Assembly (NCBI GenBank): GCA_963749605.1
Contig: CAVVNN010000003.1
Coordinates: 85,579 to 149,578 of the forward strand
Direction: 5' to 3'
From: an uncultured Solirubrobacterales bacterium
GTDB lineage: Bacteria; Actinomycetota; Thermoleophilia; Solirubrobacterales; 70-9
Length of the DNA: 64,000 nt
Position numbers and translations under genes: made by a program. A model generated the notes under the pieces. The model did not search any database. It worked only from the letters and a program-made list of their open reading frames with translations, and was not told the DNA's origin. Position 1 is the stretch's first letter; each line of letters starts with the position of its first letter. Below, piece by piece: positions 46,037 to 54,510 of the stretch.

Positions 46037-47161
46037 ATGGACGAACGACGGCTGACTTGGATCTTTGGCTCATCGCGAAGCGGCAGCACCTGGCTGTTGC
46101 GAATGCTCGCCGACTTCGAGCGGGTGGTGCCGATCGACGATCCACACCTCGGTCATCACCTTGGCGTCTGGCGGCCGATTCCGCTTGCCTGGGCGACGGT
46201 TGACGGCGACCCCCCGGAGCTGACTACGTTGCTCGAGCTGAAGGCCGACGAGCCGGGCTACTTCTTCTCCGAGCGTCACCGAGAGAGCTGGTGGCAACCG
46301 CTGCGAGATCTGATCGCTTCGCGGTTTGAAGCGCAGGCTGAGGAACACGCTCTCGATCCGGCTGAAGCGAACTACGTGGTCAAGGAGCCGGGTTCCCACG
46401 TAGCGCCTCTACTCGCGGACCTCTTCCCGGATTCCAAGCTGGTCTTCCTGCTTCGCGATGGTCGCGATGTCGTTGACTCCTGGCTCGCTGGCTACCGCCA
46501 CGGTGGTTGGGCGATACCGGGAGGCGCCTTTCCGGTTGCCCGCGATAGTCGGATCGCTTTGATCACATGGCTCTCGGCGGTGTGGGTCTATCGCAGCCGT
46601 GCAGTCCGCACCGCGTTCGAAACGCGTTTCCCCGACAGCCGGGTGTTGGTTCGCTACGAGGCGTTGCGCGAGCGCACCGTGGAGGCACTGGCAGAAGTCT
46701 GCGAGCCACTGGGGTTCGATCACATGCGCGCCGAGGAGATTGCCGAACGGCACAGCTTCGAGCGGCTTCCCCCGCATGTGCGAGGCCCGCACATGCGTGA
46801 GCGCACCGCCCGTCCGGGTTCTTGGCGGAGGAACCTCACCGCCGCCGAGCAGACTGCGATGCACGAGGCTCTTGGCGACGCACTGGTCGAATTCGGCTAT
46901 GACACGGCAGACACACGCGAGGCCAGGGTCTCGGATGTATCGGGAAAATCGAATTCAGGGTTGCGAGGGGTATGGACTAGTGTTGCTGCTGTGTTCGCGG
47001 GTTCATCGACTCCGACTCCTTCCGATCCCAGCTCCGCTGTGACGAGAATCAGCGGGGGGGGGGGGGGGGGTTATCGCTTCGATGGCGCCCACCTAGGGTC
47101 TTGCGCGGGGCATTGTCCATCGGAATCCGCTCAACGCCGAGCTAAGCGGAAACCGAAGTGA
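46037..47161 (+). CDS. Sulfotransferase family protein (C-terminal tail after about 46920 doubtful)
   Basis: PAPS 5'-phosphosulfate loop GSSRSGSTWL and 3'-phosphate motif FLLRDGRDVVDS. The last about 80 codons are lower-GC and cross a G17 tract. Confidence 0.75.
   Translation: MDERRLTWIFGSSRSGSTWLLRMLADFERVVPIDDPHLGHHLGVWRPIPLAWATVDGDPPELTTLLELKADEPGYFFSERHRESWWQPLRDLIASRFEAQAEEHALDPAEANYVVKEPGSHVAPLLADLFPDSKLVFLLRDGRDVVDSWLAGYRHGGWAIPGGAFPVARDSRIALITWLSAVWVYRSRAVRTAFETRFPDSRVLVRYEALRERTVEALAEVCEPLGFDHMRAEEIAERHSFERLPPHVRGPHMRERTARPGSWRRNLTAAEQTAMHEALGDALVEFGYDTADTREARVSDVSGKSNSGLRGVWTSVAAVFAGSSTPTPSDPSSAVTRISGGGGGGYRFDGAHLGSCAGHCPSESAQRRAKRKPK
47054..47070. repeat. Homopolymeric G17 tract
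   Basis: Counted directly in the sequence. It lies inside the 3' tail of the sulfotransferase ORF, 88 nt before the next gene start. Confidence 0.95.
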
Positions 47162-48447
47162 GCGGTACGTCGGCGCGGGTCGGTCGCATCGTCGACGCCA
47201 TGTTTCGACATGGCAGGGTGGGCCGGCGCAAAGCCATCAGGTCCGCCGGAGTTGTGGTGAGTCGCGGGCGGGGCTCTTACGTCTACGGTGAGGATGGCGA
47301 GCGCTATCTCGATGCCGTGTCGGGTTTCGGCGTGGCGTCGCTCGGTCACTCACACCCCCGCTGGGTCGAGGCCGTGCTCGCGCAGGCCGACCGGCTCGTC
47401 GTCAATCCGTTCCTCGGCCCGGAGCTGGCGGAATACGTGACGGCGTTGTCGCACCTCCTCCCTCCCGAGCTCGGCCAGGTGGCGCTGTACTCGGGCGGGG
47501 CGGAGGCCGTCGAGGCGGCGATCCGGCTCGCCCAGACCTCGCGGGGGAAGCCGGGCCTGGTCACGTTCAGCCCTAGCTTTCACGGCAAGACGAGCGTTGG
47601 CGTCAGGTACTCGGGTGATCCGACCTCGCCCGAGGCGCGCCTGCTCGGTCCGGACTGGTTCCGCGTCATGCCCTTTCCGGCCTGCGAGCAACACGACGCG
47701 GTCTCCTACTCGGAGTGCCGGGAGTCCGGCGCCGACGTGCTCGCACAGCTGACCGCCCGGGACGACCTCGACGAGGTCGGAACGGTGCTGGTCGAGCCGG
47801 TGCTCGGCACCTCGGGCAACATCCCGCCGCGCCGGCGGTTCCTCTTCGAGCTGCGTCAGCTGTGCGACCAGCGCGGCTGGGTGCTGGTGTTCGACGAGCT
47901 GATCACCGGCTTCGGGCGCACCGGCTCGCTCTTCGGCTTCGAGGAGTTCGGCACGGTCCCCGATGTCCTGATCCTCGGCAAGGGGATCGGCGGCGGGATC
48001 CCGCTGAGCGCGGTGTGCGCCGCTGAGCAGACCTGGGAGGGCTCGGCCCTGGCACCGCCCGCCGCGACGTCGAGCAGCTTCGGCGGCAATCCGTTGGCGT
48101 GCGCGGCCGGCCTGGCGACGCTTGAGATTCTCACCGACCCTGAGTTCATGGCGCAGGTAAGGTCCGTCTCCGCCGTCGCTGCGGGCCGGCTGCGGGAGCT
48201 TGCTGGCGCGTCGGACCGCGTGGCGCGGCCTCGCGGGCTGGGCCTGATGCTCGGCTTCGACCTTGTTAACCCCGCCACGGGCTCGCTCGCCTCCGAGCAG
48301 GAGTGCTTCGCGACTTTCCGGGCCTGCCGCGATCACGGCCTCCTGATCCTCGCCGACGTACCGAGGGTGCGGATCAGCCCGCCGCTGACGATCTCGGTTG
48401 CCGAGGTGCACGAGCTTTTCGACATCCTCGCCGAGGTGCTCGTTTGA
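47158..48447 (+). CDS. Class III (acetylornithine/GABA-type) PLP aminotransferase
   Basis: GAEAVEAAIRLA, DELITGFGRTG, ILGKGIGGG (PLP lysine). The GTG start overlaps the upstream stop. Confidence 0.85.
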   Translation: MSGTSARVGRIVDAMFRHGRVGRRKAIRSAGVVVSRGRGSYVYGEDGERYLDAVSGFGVASLGHSHPRWVEAVLAQADRLVVNPFLGPELAEYVTALSHLLPPELGQVALYSGGAEAVEAAIRLAQTSRGKPGLVTFSPSFHGKTSVGVRYSGDPTSPEARLLGPDWFRVMPFPACEQHDAVSYSECRESGADVLAQLTARDDLDEVGTVLVEPVLGTSGNIPPRRRFLFELRQLCDQRGWVLVFDELITGFGRTGSLFGFEEFGTVPDVLILGKGIGGGIPLSAVCAAEQTWEGSALAPPAATSSSFGGNPLACAAGLATLEILTDPEFMAQVRSVSAVAAGRLRELAGASDRVARPRGLGLMLGFDLVNPATGSLASEQECFATFRACRDHGLLILADVPRVRISPPLTISVAEVHELFDILAEVLV

Positions 48448-49418
48448 GGATTGCCCTGGCGGGTCTCGGCGGCGCCGCGGTTCACGGTCACCTGCCGGCC
48501 CTGCGCCGGCTAGCAGGGGAGCGACGGCTCCGCCTCGTGGCGGCGGCCGAGCCGGCGTCGGCGCCGCGCCGCGCTTTGGATCAGGCTCTCGCAGACGTGC
48601 CGACCTTCGCCCGCGCTGAGGCGATGCTGAGAGCCGTGGAGGCTGACGTCCTGGTCGTCGCGACGGAGCCAGCGGCGCACCCCGAGCTGGTCGAGCTCGG
48701 GCTCGCCCACGGCGTGCACGTCGTCTGCGAGAAGCCGCTGGTCCACACCGGTGACCACCACGCGGTGGTTCGTGCCGCGGCTCGGCCCTGGCCCGATCTG
48801 GCGATCGTCACCGTCCATCAGTACCGCTACGCGGCGGCGTGGAGGTATCTCGCGCCCTTCGCTCGGCTCCTCAACGCGCTGCGCCTTCCCTACTCGATAC
48901 GGGTCGAGGTGTGCCGGCACGGGGTCGAGGATCCCTACGCCGCCTCGTCTTGGCGCAGCGACCTGACGAGCTCCGGCGGGCTTCTAGCCGACCACGGCGC
49001 CCACTTCATCGCCCTCGCCTGGACGATCCAGCCAGACATGACGGTGCTCGGCGCGGCGCGCCGCTGGGACGCGCCAGGGCTGGAGCGCTCGTGGGGAAGG
49101 GTGAGGTTCGGCTCCGGCACGCTCGATCTCCACCTGTCGACGCTGGCGGACAGTCGCCGCACTCGGCTGCAGCTGCGCGCTCCGGGGATGACGCTGGACT
49201 GGGGGTCGGCGCGGGTCGCCCTGAGGCTGGCGCGGCGGCGGGTCGGCTCATGGCCGGCCGGCGAGCTCAGCGATCGCGCCTACCTCGACTCGCTCTATCT
49301 GGCCTTCTACGAAGACCTCGCCCGGAATCTCCACGAGTCCTCCTGGCGGGCCGCTCGCACGGCCGAATCACTGCGCGTCGGCGAGGTCCTAGTCGAGCTG
49401 CTGCGGCAAGCGGTGTGA
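48444..49418 (+). CDS. Gfo/Idh/MocA family NAD(P)-dependent oxidoreductase
   Basis: TTG 48444 (LRIALAGLGGAAVHGH, Rossmann) and the VVCEKPL motif. It overlaps the aminotransferase stop. Confidence 0.75.
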   Translation: MRIALAGLGGAAVHGHLPALRRLAGERRLRLVAAAEPASAPRRALDQALADVPTFARAEAMLRAVEADVLVVATEPAAHPELVELGLAHGVHVVCEKPLVHTGDHHAVVRAAARPWPDLAIVTVHQYRYAAAWRYLAPFARLLNALRLPYSIRVEVCRHGVEDPYAASSWRSDLTSSGGLLADHGAHFIALAWTIQPDMTVLGAARRWDAPGLERSWGRVRFGSGTLDLHLSTLADSRRTRLQLRAPGMTLDWGSARVALRLARRRVGSWPAGELSDRAYLDSLYLAFYEDLARNLHESSWRAARTAESLRVGEVLVELLRQAV

Positions 49419-49434
49419 TTACACTCCCCTGCGG

Positions 49435-50421
49435 GTGAGTGGGAATCGCGTCACCGAGCACGCTGGCCTCGATGAGGTCGATCGAGCGGCCTGGTCGCGG
49501 CTTGCCGCGCGGCCACCGGCCTCCGTAATCGGCTCGCCGTCCTGGCTCGAAGCGGCCTTCGCCAGCACTCACAGTGGGATGGAGCCGCTGCTCCTGGCCT
49601 GCGAGGGCGAGGATGGACTGACAGGATTGCTGCCGCTTGCGCTTGATGGCTCGGGCGGGGCGCGGCTCGTCGGCGCGCCCTACAACGATCTCAGCGACGT
49701 GCTCACGCTCCCCGGCTATGAGGCCGAGGCGGCGGCGGCGATCCTCGCCGCCGTCCGCTCGCTCGCCGGCCGGGGTGTTGCGGTGACGCTGCACAGCCTC
49801 GATCCACAGGGCGCCCTCGCCGCGGCCGACGCCCGGCTCGGGGCGCTCCTATGGTCGCCGGAAAGGCCGGCGCCGGCCATCCACCTCGACCGCGACCTCG
49901 AGGTGAAGGTCTCGGGGCGACGCCGCCGCACTTGGGGCAACCGTCGTCGCCGCCTCGAACGGAGCCACGCGGTCGAGTTCAGGGCGGTCGAGGGGGCGGC
50001 GGCCGGCGACGCCCTGCCCGACTTCGAGCGGCTGCGGGAGCAGCGGCGCGCCGCGACCGGGCGCCCCCGCGAACGGCCGCCGGTCGCACTCGTCGCCGAG
50101 GCGGTGCGGCGTCTGACGGCAACCGGCGCGGTCGCCTTCTTCGAGATGCTGGTCGATGGCAGTCCCGTCGCCTCCGACCTCTACCTGCTCGACCGGCCCG
50201 GGGCGCTGATGTGGCTGAGGGGCCTGAATCCGGCCTGGCAGCCGTTCCCCTGTGGCCACCTCCTGCTCTGCTGGACCGCCGCTCGGCTCCGGCGCGAAGG
50301 GTATGAGGTGCTCGACATGGGCCGGGGCGACGAGCCGTACAAGTTCATCTTCGGCGCCAGCGATCGGGTCCTGCTCAAGGCCGAAGTCCCGGCCGGGCGG
50401 CTGGCAGGCGCGATGGGCTAG
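49435..50421 (+). CDS. GNAT-fold acyltransferase of the FemAB/CelD (Acetyltransf_6)-like type
   Basis: 328-aa ORF. Weak resemblance to the BioF2/CelD-like family (C-terminal GYEVLDMGRGDEPYKFIFGA). Confidence 0.5.
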   Translation: MSGNRVTEHAGLDEVDRAAWSRLAARPPASVIGSPSWLEAAFASTHSGMEPLLLACEGEDGLTGLLPLALDGSGGARLVGAPYNDLSDVLTLPGYEAEAAAAILAAVRSLAGRGVAVTLHSLDPQGALAAADARLGALLWSPERPAPAIHLDRDLEVKVSGRRRRTWGNRRRRLERSHAVEFRAVEGAAAGDALPDFERLREQRRAATGRPRERPPVALVAEAVRRLTATGAVAFFEMLVDGSPVASDLYLLDRPGALMWLRGLNPAWQPFPCGHLLLCWTAARLRREGYEVLDMGRGDEPYKFIFGASDRVLLKAEVPAGRLAGAMG

Positions 50422-52676
50422 TCGCCGGCGATCGGTGCGTCGGCAAGGCGCTGCGGGCGGCGGCGCGAGTAGTACATCCGGACCGGCGGCAGGATCGCCC
50501 AGCGCAGCGCGCGTCGCAGCGCGCTTGCCTCGCGGATCTCTTCCCTGAGGCCGATGCTGCGCGCCTGCGCGATCGCTGCCGCGGCCACCTTGACGCCGTC
50601 CAGCGGTCGTCCGCCCAGCAGCTGCAGGCGCGCTTCGCTGATCGCGATTCGCACCTGCATCCGCTGGTCCTCGTACCGAATGGCGATGGCGCGTGAGCAG
50701 GCCAGCAGTTCGCCTGCCTGGGCGAACTCGCCGCGGTGCATCGTGACCTCCCCCAGCATCTGCAGCGGATATGCCTTGACCCGCTCCCAGGGGATCGAGT
50801 CGGACAGCCGCTGGTGCTCAAGCGCCGCGGCTTCGCAGGCGTCCATCTCGCCGAGGTACCAACGGCAGGCGGCTCGCAGATCCTGGAGGTCGACGAGGAT
50901 GTGGCGGTCACCGGCGGCCTCGGCCAGCTCGTCGGCACCGTCGAGCAAGGCAAGCGCCTTTCGCGGTTCCCGGGAACGGTAGGCGACGTAGGCGGCCACC
51001 CGCCTCTGCCTGGCGGTTTCCCCCGGTAGCCCCGCGCGCTCGGCGGCAAGCTGCCCGAGGCTGAGCATCTCGCGGGCGGCCTCGAGTTCGCCGCGGATCG
51101 CGCAGTTCATCGTGCGGGCCGCCGAGGCTCGCGCTGCCCGCTGGAAGTTCTTGTCGCAGATCGCGCGTTTGTAGGCGAGGGTGGCGATCGCGATCCGGTC
51201 GTCGAACTTGCCGAGCGTGAAGAGGATGTCGAGTACCGACGTGAAGAGCGCGTGCAGCTCGTCACCCTTCCCTTCCGTGTGCAGCTCCTCCGCCACCACG
51301 GTGAACGCCCCGACGTGAGGAAGGGCGCCAGCCGCGTCCTCCCAGTCGGTGGAGAAGCGCTCGATGTAGTGCGCGGCGAGTCGCGAGGTGAAGGCCGCGG
51401 TATCCTCGCGCGAGGTGAGTGCGAGAGTCGCGTTTCTCACCCCTACACCGCACGTGAACAGGTTGGGCCGGTCCTTGAGGCGAACACAGGTGACGAGCCC
51501 CTCGGCCATCAGCTTGGTAAGCAGGAGCGCGACCTCGTCCTCGGACATGCGGGTCGCCACTGCAAGGTGCGCAGCGATTGCGTTGCCGCGCAGCAGGGCG
51601 CAGGCCGAGAGGATCGCGCGGGCGTTGGGCGAGAGTGACGTCAGGTGCTCCGCAAGCATCGCCTCGTCGTCGCCCCCGCCGCAGCGGGCCGCCTCCAGCC
51701 GTGCCTCGACCGAGTGCGGACTGCTCTCGAGTCCGTTGAGGAACGACATGATCAGGTGTGGGTTGCCGCCGAAGAGTTCGAGCATGCAGTCGAGGAAACC
51801 TTCGTCGCGAAGCTCCGGCACGCTGAGGCCCAGCCGGTCGGCTTCTTGGCGGATCAGGCCGCGAGCCTCCTCGAGCGCGAGCTCGGTCAGCCGCACCCGC
51901 GGCGCGGGCAGCGCTCCGGGGCTGTTGACGGAGGCGATGACGAGTGAGTTTCGCGGCACCGTTTTCAGCAGCCTGATCAGGGCCTTCGAGTTCGCGTCGC
52001 CGGACAGCCTCAGGTTGTCGAGGAGCAGGACGGTGGGCTGCTCGGCGAGATGCGCGCGAATCGCGTCGAACTTTTCGTCCCGCGCGACCACCGACAGCGC
52101 GCGGTCGTCGGTGAGGATGCTGAGCGACCCGCACAGCTCGGTCAGGCTGGGGCACCCGTCTTCGCATTCGATCCACACGAACGATCGCTTCCTGCGACGG
52201 TGCCGCTGTGGCCCCTTTCGTTCCTGCAGTCGGTATGCCAGCTCCGTCGCCGTGGCGCTCTTGCCGACTCCCACCTCGCCCTCGATCGAGACCACGCTCC
52301 CTCCCCCCTGCAACTTCTCCCGCGCCTCGGCGAGCTCTCCGACTCGGTTCACCAGGTCCGGGCGCGGCGGCAGCGCAAAGTCCTGCCGCTTGCGCACCTT
52401 CGGATCCTCATGAAGGGAAGCGCTTCGTCGGGTATCGCGCGCGGTCCAGAGGTTGACGAGAGCGGTTGCAAGCGTGACGACCACGGTGAACGCCCCTACC
52501 CAGACCCCCACCTGGATCCAGACCATGGCGCTATTCAGCATCCCCGCGCTCCTGCATGCGGTTGAATCTTGCCGCACCATCTCGATTCTTGCGCTCACAC
52601 GGCGATGACTCGCCGCCATGAGGGCCGACTCTACATGCGCAAAACAAGATTGGGAAGGATCGCAGGGCAGAGGCAA
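50418..52676 (-). CDS. STAND-type NTPase (NB-ARC-like) with an N-terminal TM anchor and C-terminal TPR-like repeats
   Basis: Walker A GEVGVGKS, Walker B VLLLDNL, helical repeat C-terminus, TM MVWIQVGVWVGAFTVVVTLATALV. The likely start is 52541 or 52526 rather than 52676. Confidence 0.7.
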   Translation of the reverse strand: MPLPCDPSQSCFAHVESALMAASHRRVSARIEMVRQDSTACRSAGMLNSAMVWIQVGVWVGAFTVVVTLATALVNLWTARDTRRSASLHEDPKVRKRQDFALPPRPDLVNRVGELAEAREKLQGGGSVVSIEGEVGVGKSATATELAYRLQERKGPQRHRRRKRSFVWIECEDGCPSLTELCGSLSILTDDRALSVVARDEKFDAIRAHLAEQPTVLLLDNLRLSGDANSKALIRLLKTVPRNSLVIASVNSPGALPAPRVRLTELALEEARGLIRQEADRLGLSVPELRDEGFLDCMLELFGGNPHLIMSFLNGLESSPHSVEARLEAARCGGGDDEAMLAEHLTSLSPNARAILSACALLRGNAIAAHLAVATRMSEDEVALLLTKLMAEGLVTCVRLKDRPNLFTCGVGVRNATLALTSREDTAAFTSRLAAHYIERFSTDWEDAAGALPHVGAFTVVAEELHTEGKGDELHALFTSVLDILFTLGKFDDRIAIATLAYKRAICDKNFQRAARASAARTMNCAIRGELEAAREMLSLGQLAAERAGLPGETARQRRVAAYVAYRSREPRKALALLDGADELAEAAGDRHILVDLQDLRAACRWYLGEMDACEAAALEHQRLSDSIPWERVKAYPLQMLGEVTMHRGEFAQAGELLACSRAIAIRYEDQRMQVRIAISEARLQLLGGRPLDGVKVAAAAIAQARSIGLREEIREASALRRALRWAILPPVRMYYSRRRPQRLADAPIAGD

Positions 52677-52751
52677 AGGGACGAGTTCCTATTGAGCAGG
52701 GAGCTAGTGATCGGAGGCCCCACCGCGCCATAAGGGGGACGGAACCGCATC

Positions 52752-52861
52752 GGAGCCCTGCTGATCGGCCACTACGAGAACGCAAGCCTCGCTACGTCGG
52801 CAAAGTCGGCACCGGCTTCAGCGAGCGGGTCTTGGAGCAGCTCGCCACGAAACCCAGTTGA
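52752..52861 (+). pseudogene. Remnant of an ATP-dependent DNA ligase (LigD/LigC-type OB-domain end), with an internal frameshift
   Basis: GALLIGHYEN in one frame, then (K)PRYVGKVGTGFSERVLEQLATKPS-stop in another. There is no upstream ligase body. Confidence 0.55.
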
Positions 52862-53490
52862 GGTGAACTGTCGCACTGCGAACTCGTTTCGGTAGCAGTT
52901 TTCTGCGGTGATGGCTGCGACGAAGTTTCCCCCTCAACACCCCTCCGGCCGATGCCGGTTGTGCAACAGCCCCGCCCGCTTCCGCGCTTCCCACGTATCA
53001 ATTCGCTGCAAGCATGCCTCCCTCCGCATCACCGCCGGCGACTGAGGTTGTGCTTCCGGACTGACAGCCCACTGCGCAAACACCCTCCAGGCCAAGACCA
53101 CGACCACGACAACCACCGCGACGATGACCGCCCTCCGGCTCACGCCACCCAGCCTAGCTTCACCTCGGAGCACGCACCAACGCTAAGGATCGACTCGACC
53201 CCGAGCATCAAGCAGCACCTCTCGTTCCAGCTCTGACCTCCGCCGCCCCCCGGCCAACGCGCCGCCAGCCAATCGCACAGCGCGCACAAGCTCGCGGTGC
53301 CGGGCAACGCCCGCCGAGACACCGCCGCCCGCCTCCCTGGCCCGCCGTCCCTCGACCCGCCACGACCGCCCCTCCGCACCGCTCAGCCCACCGCAAGACG
53401 CCGCCCCGCCCGCAGGTTACGCGCCTGCGGCGCGTGAGAGCGGGCGAACGGCTCCCGCGTCGGGCGGGAGCCACTGCGAAGGGAGCTCTC

Positions 53491-53739
53491 GTGAGCGATC
53501 GAGTTGCAGCGAACCAGCCTCGGCGAAGCGTCGGGCCCGGGCGTCCCTCGCCCGACCTCGAGCGGGCCGCCTTCCTGCAGCGCCTCTCCCGCATGAGCGC
53601 GGAAGAGCGCCTGGAAGCGTCCCGCTTCGAGTTCACCGCTCGCCAGCGCACGCTTTGGATCGCCCGCTACAGGGACGAGGTTCCGATCGTCAACGACGAG
53701 TACGAGCACATCGCCCTGCAGCTGGCCGACCTCGATTAG
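53491..53739 (+). CDS. Hypothetical small protein
   Basis: GTG 53491 preceded by GAAGGGAG; 82 aa; sensible composition (ERAAFLQRLSRMSAEERLEASRFEFTARQRTLWIARY). Confidence 0.4.
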   Translation: MSDRVAANQPRRSVGPGRPSPDLERAAFLQRLSRMSAEERLEASRFEFTARQRTLWIARYRDEVPIVNDEYEHIALQLADLD

Positions 53740-53846
53740 CTGGGCGCGCATCGCCCCTCAAGCTGGATTTGAAGTGGATCAAACTGCCCTGGCCCAAAAC
53801 CAAGCCCTCAGTCGCCGCCTGAGACCTCGGCGAGACGCCGCCGCTT

Positions 53847-54299
53847 GTGATCGCCCACCCCGATCCACGCCTGCGCCGCACCCAGCGCTACCGTGAAGGA
53901 GTGGCCCGCACGCCCCTCCCGATCGCCTTCTACGATGCCGGCCGCCCCGTACGCGGCGAGACCCTCACCCTCGACGTCGGCGACAACCTGCTCATCCTCA
54001 CAACCGCCTCTTCCGACCTCGGCCTCAACCTCCGCAACGTTTACGACGCCGCCGAGGGACGCGACGAGATCCAAGTCATCGACAACTACAAGATTTGCGG
54101 AAGGCACGGCCCACCAACGACACGCCTCCTGGCCACCTCCCCCGATCCCTCCTTCGAGCCGATCCCCCCCGACCGTCGCCCGCGCTGCCTCTACGACCAC
54201 CTCGGCCGCTTCATCGAGCTTGCCCGCGCGGCCGGTTTCGAGCTGAGCATCGAAGGCGTCGACGCAGCCGCCCGCCAGCTCGATCCTGCCAGCGTCTGA
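53847..54299 (+). CDS. Hypothetical protein
   Basis: 150-aa ORF with a non-repetitive composition, unlike the overlapping Pro/Ser/Ala-rich alternative frames. The start is uncertain. Confidence 0.35.
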   Translation: MIAHPDPRLRRTQRYREGVARTPLPIAFYDAGRPVRGETLTLDVGDNLLILTTASSDLGLNLRNVYDAAEGRDEIQVIDNYKICGRHGPPTTRLLATSPDPSFEPIPPDRRPRCLYDHLGRFIELARAAGFELSIEGVDAAARQLDPASV

Positions 54300-54510
54300 G
54301 CTCGCCAGCACGCTTCCTTCTCGTCCAGAGCGAACGCCTCGATCACGCGGGTCGGGGCGCCTGCTCGTGTGGCAAAGCAGGCGCACTAAGCAAAGTCAGT
54401 CTCCCTTCTTGTTTTGGCTCAAACCAGAAGTACCGACCTTGAGTCCTAAATTTTCAACTCTCCCACCCGGCGGCTCTATTCATTGATCGACTTGGGCTAG
54501 TCTTCCACTA

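Noticed and set aside
46951-46981. GAATTC (46951-46956) and ACTAGT (46976-46981) in the low-GC stretch just before the G17 tract, which raised the thought of vector or polylinker contamination.
   Set aside because: Two isolated 6-mers are expected by chance in AT-richer sequence, and I recognise no vector sequence around them. The concern is folded into the poly-G artefact hypothesis only.
52934-53173. 79-aa minus-strand ORF with a poly-Val hydrophobic stretch (AVIVAVVVVVVVLAW), a possible small membrane protein.
   Set aside because: There is no RBS or family signal. The hydrophobic run comes from a GAC/CAC-rich repeat on the opposite strand, and several overlapping GC-artefact ORFs cover the same region.
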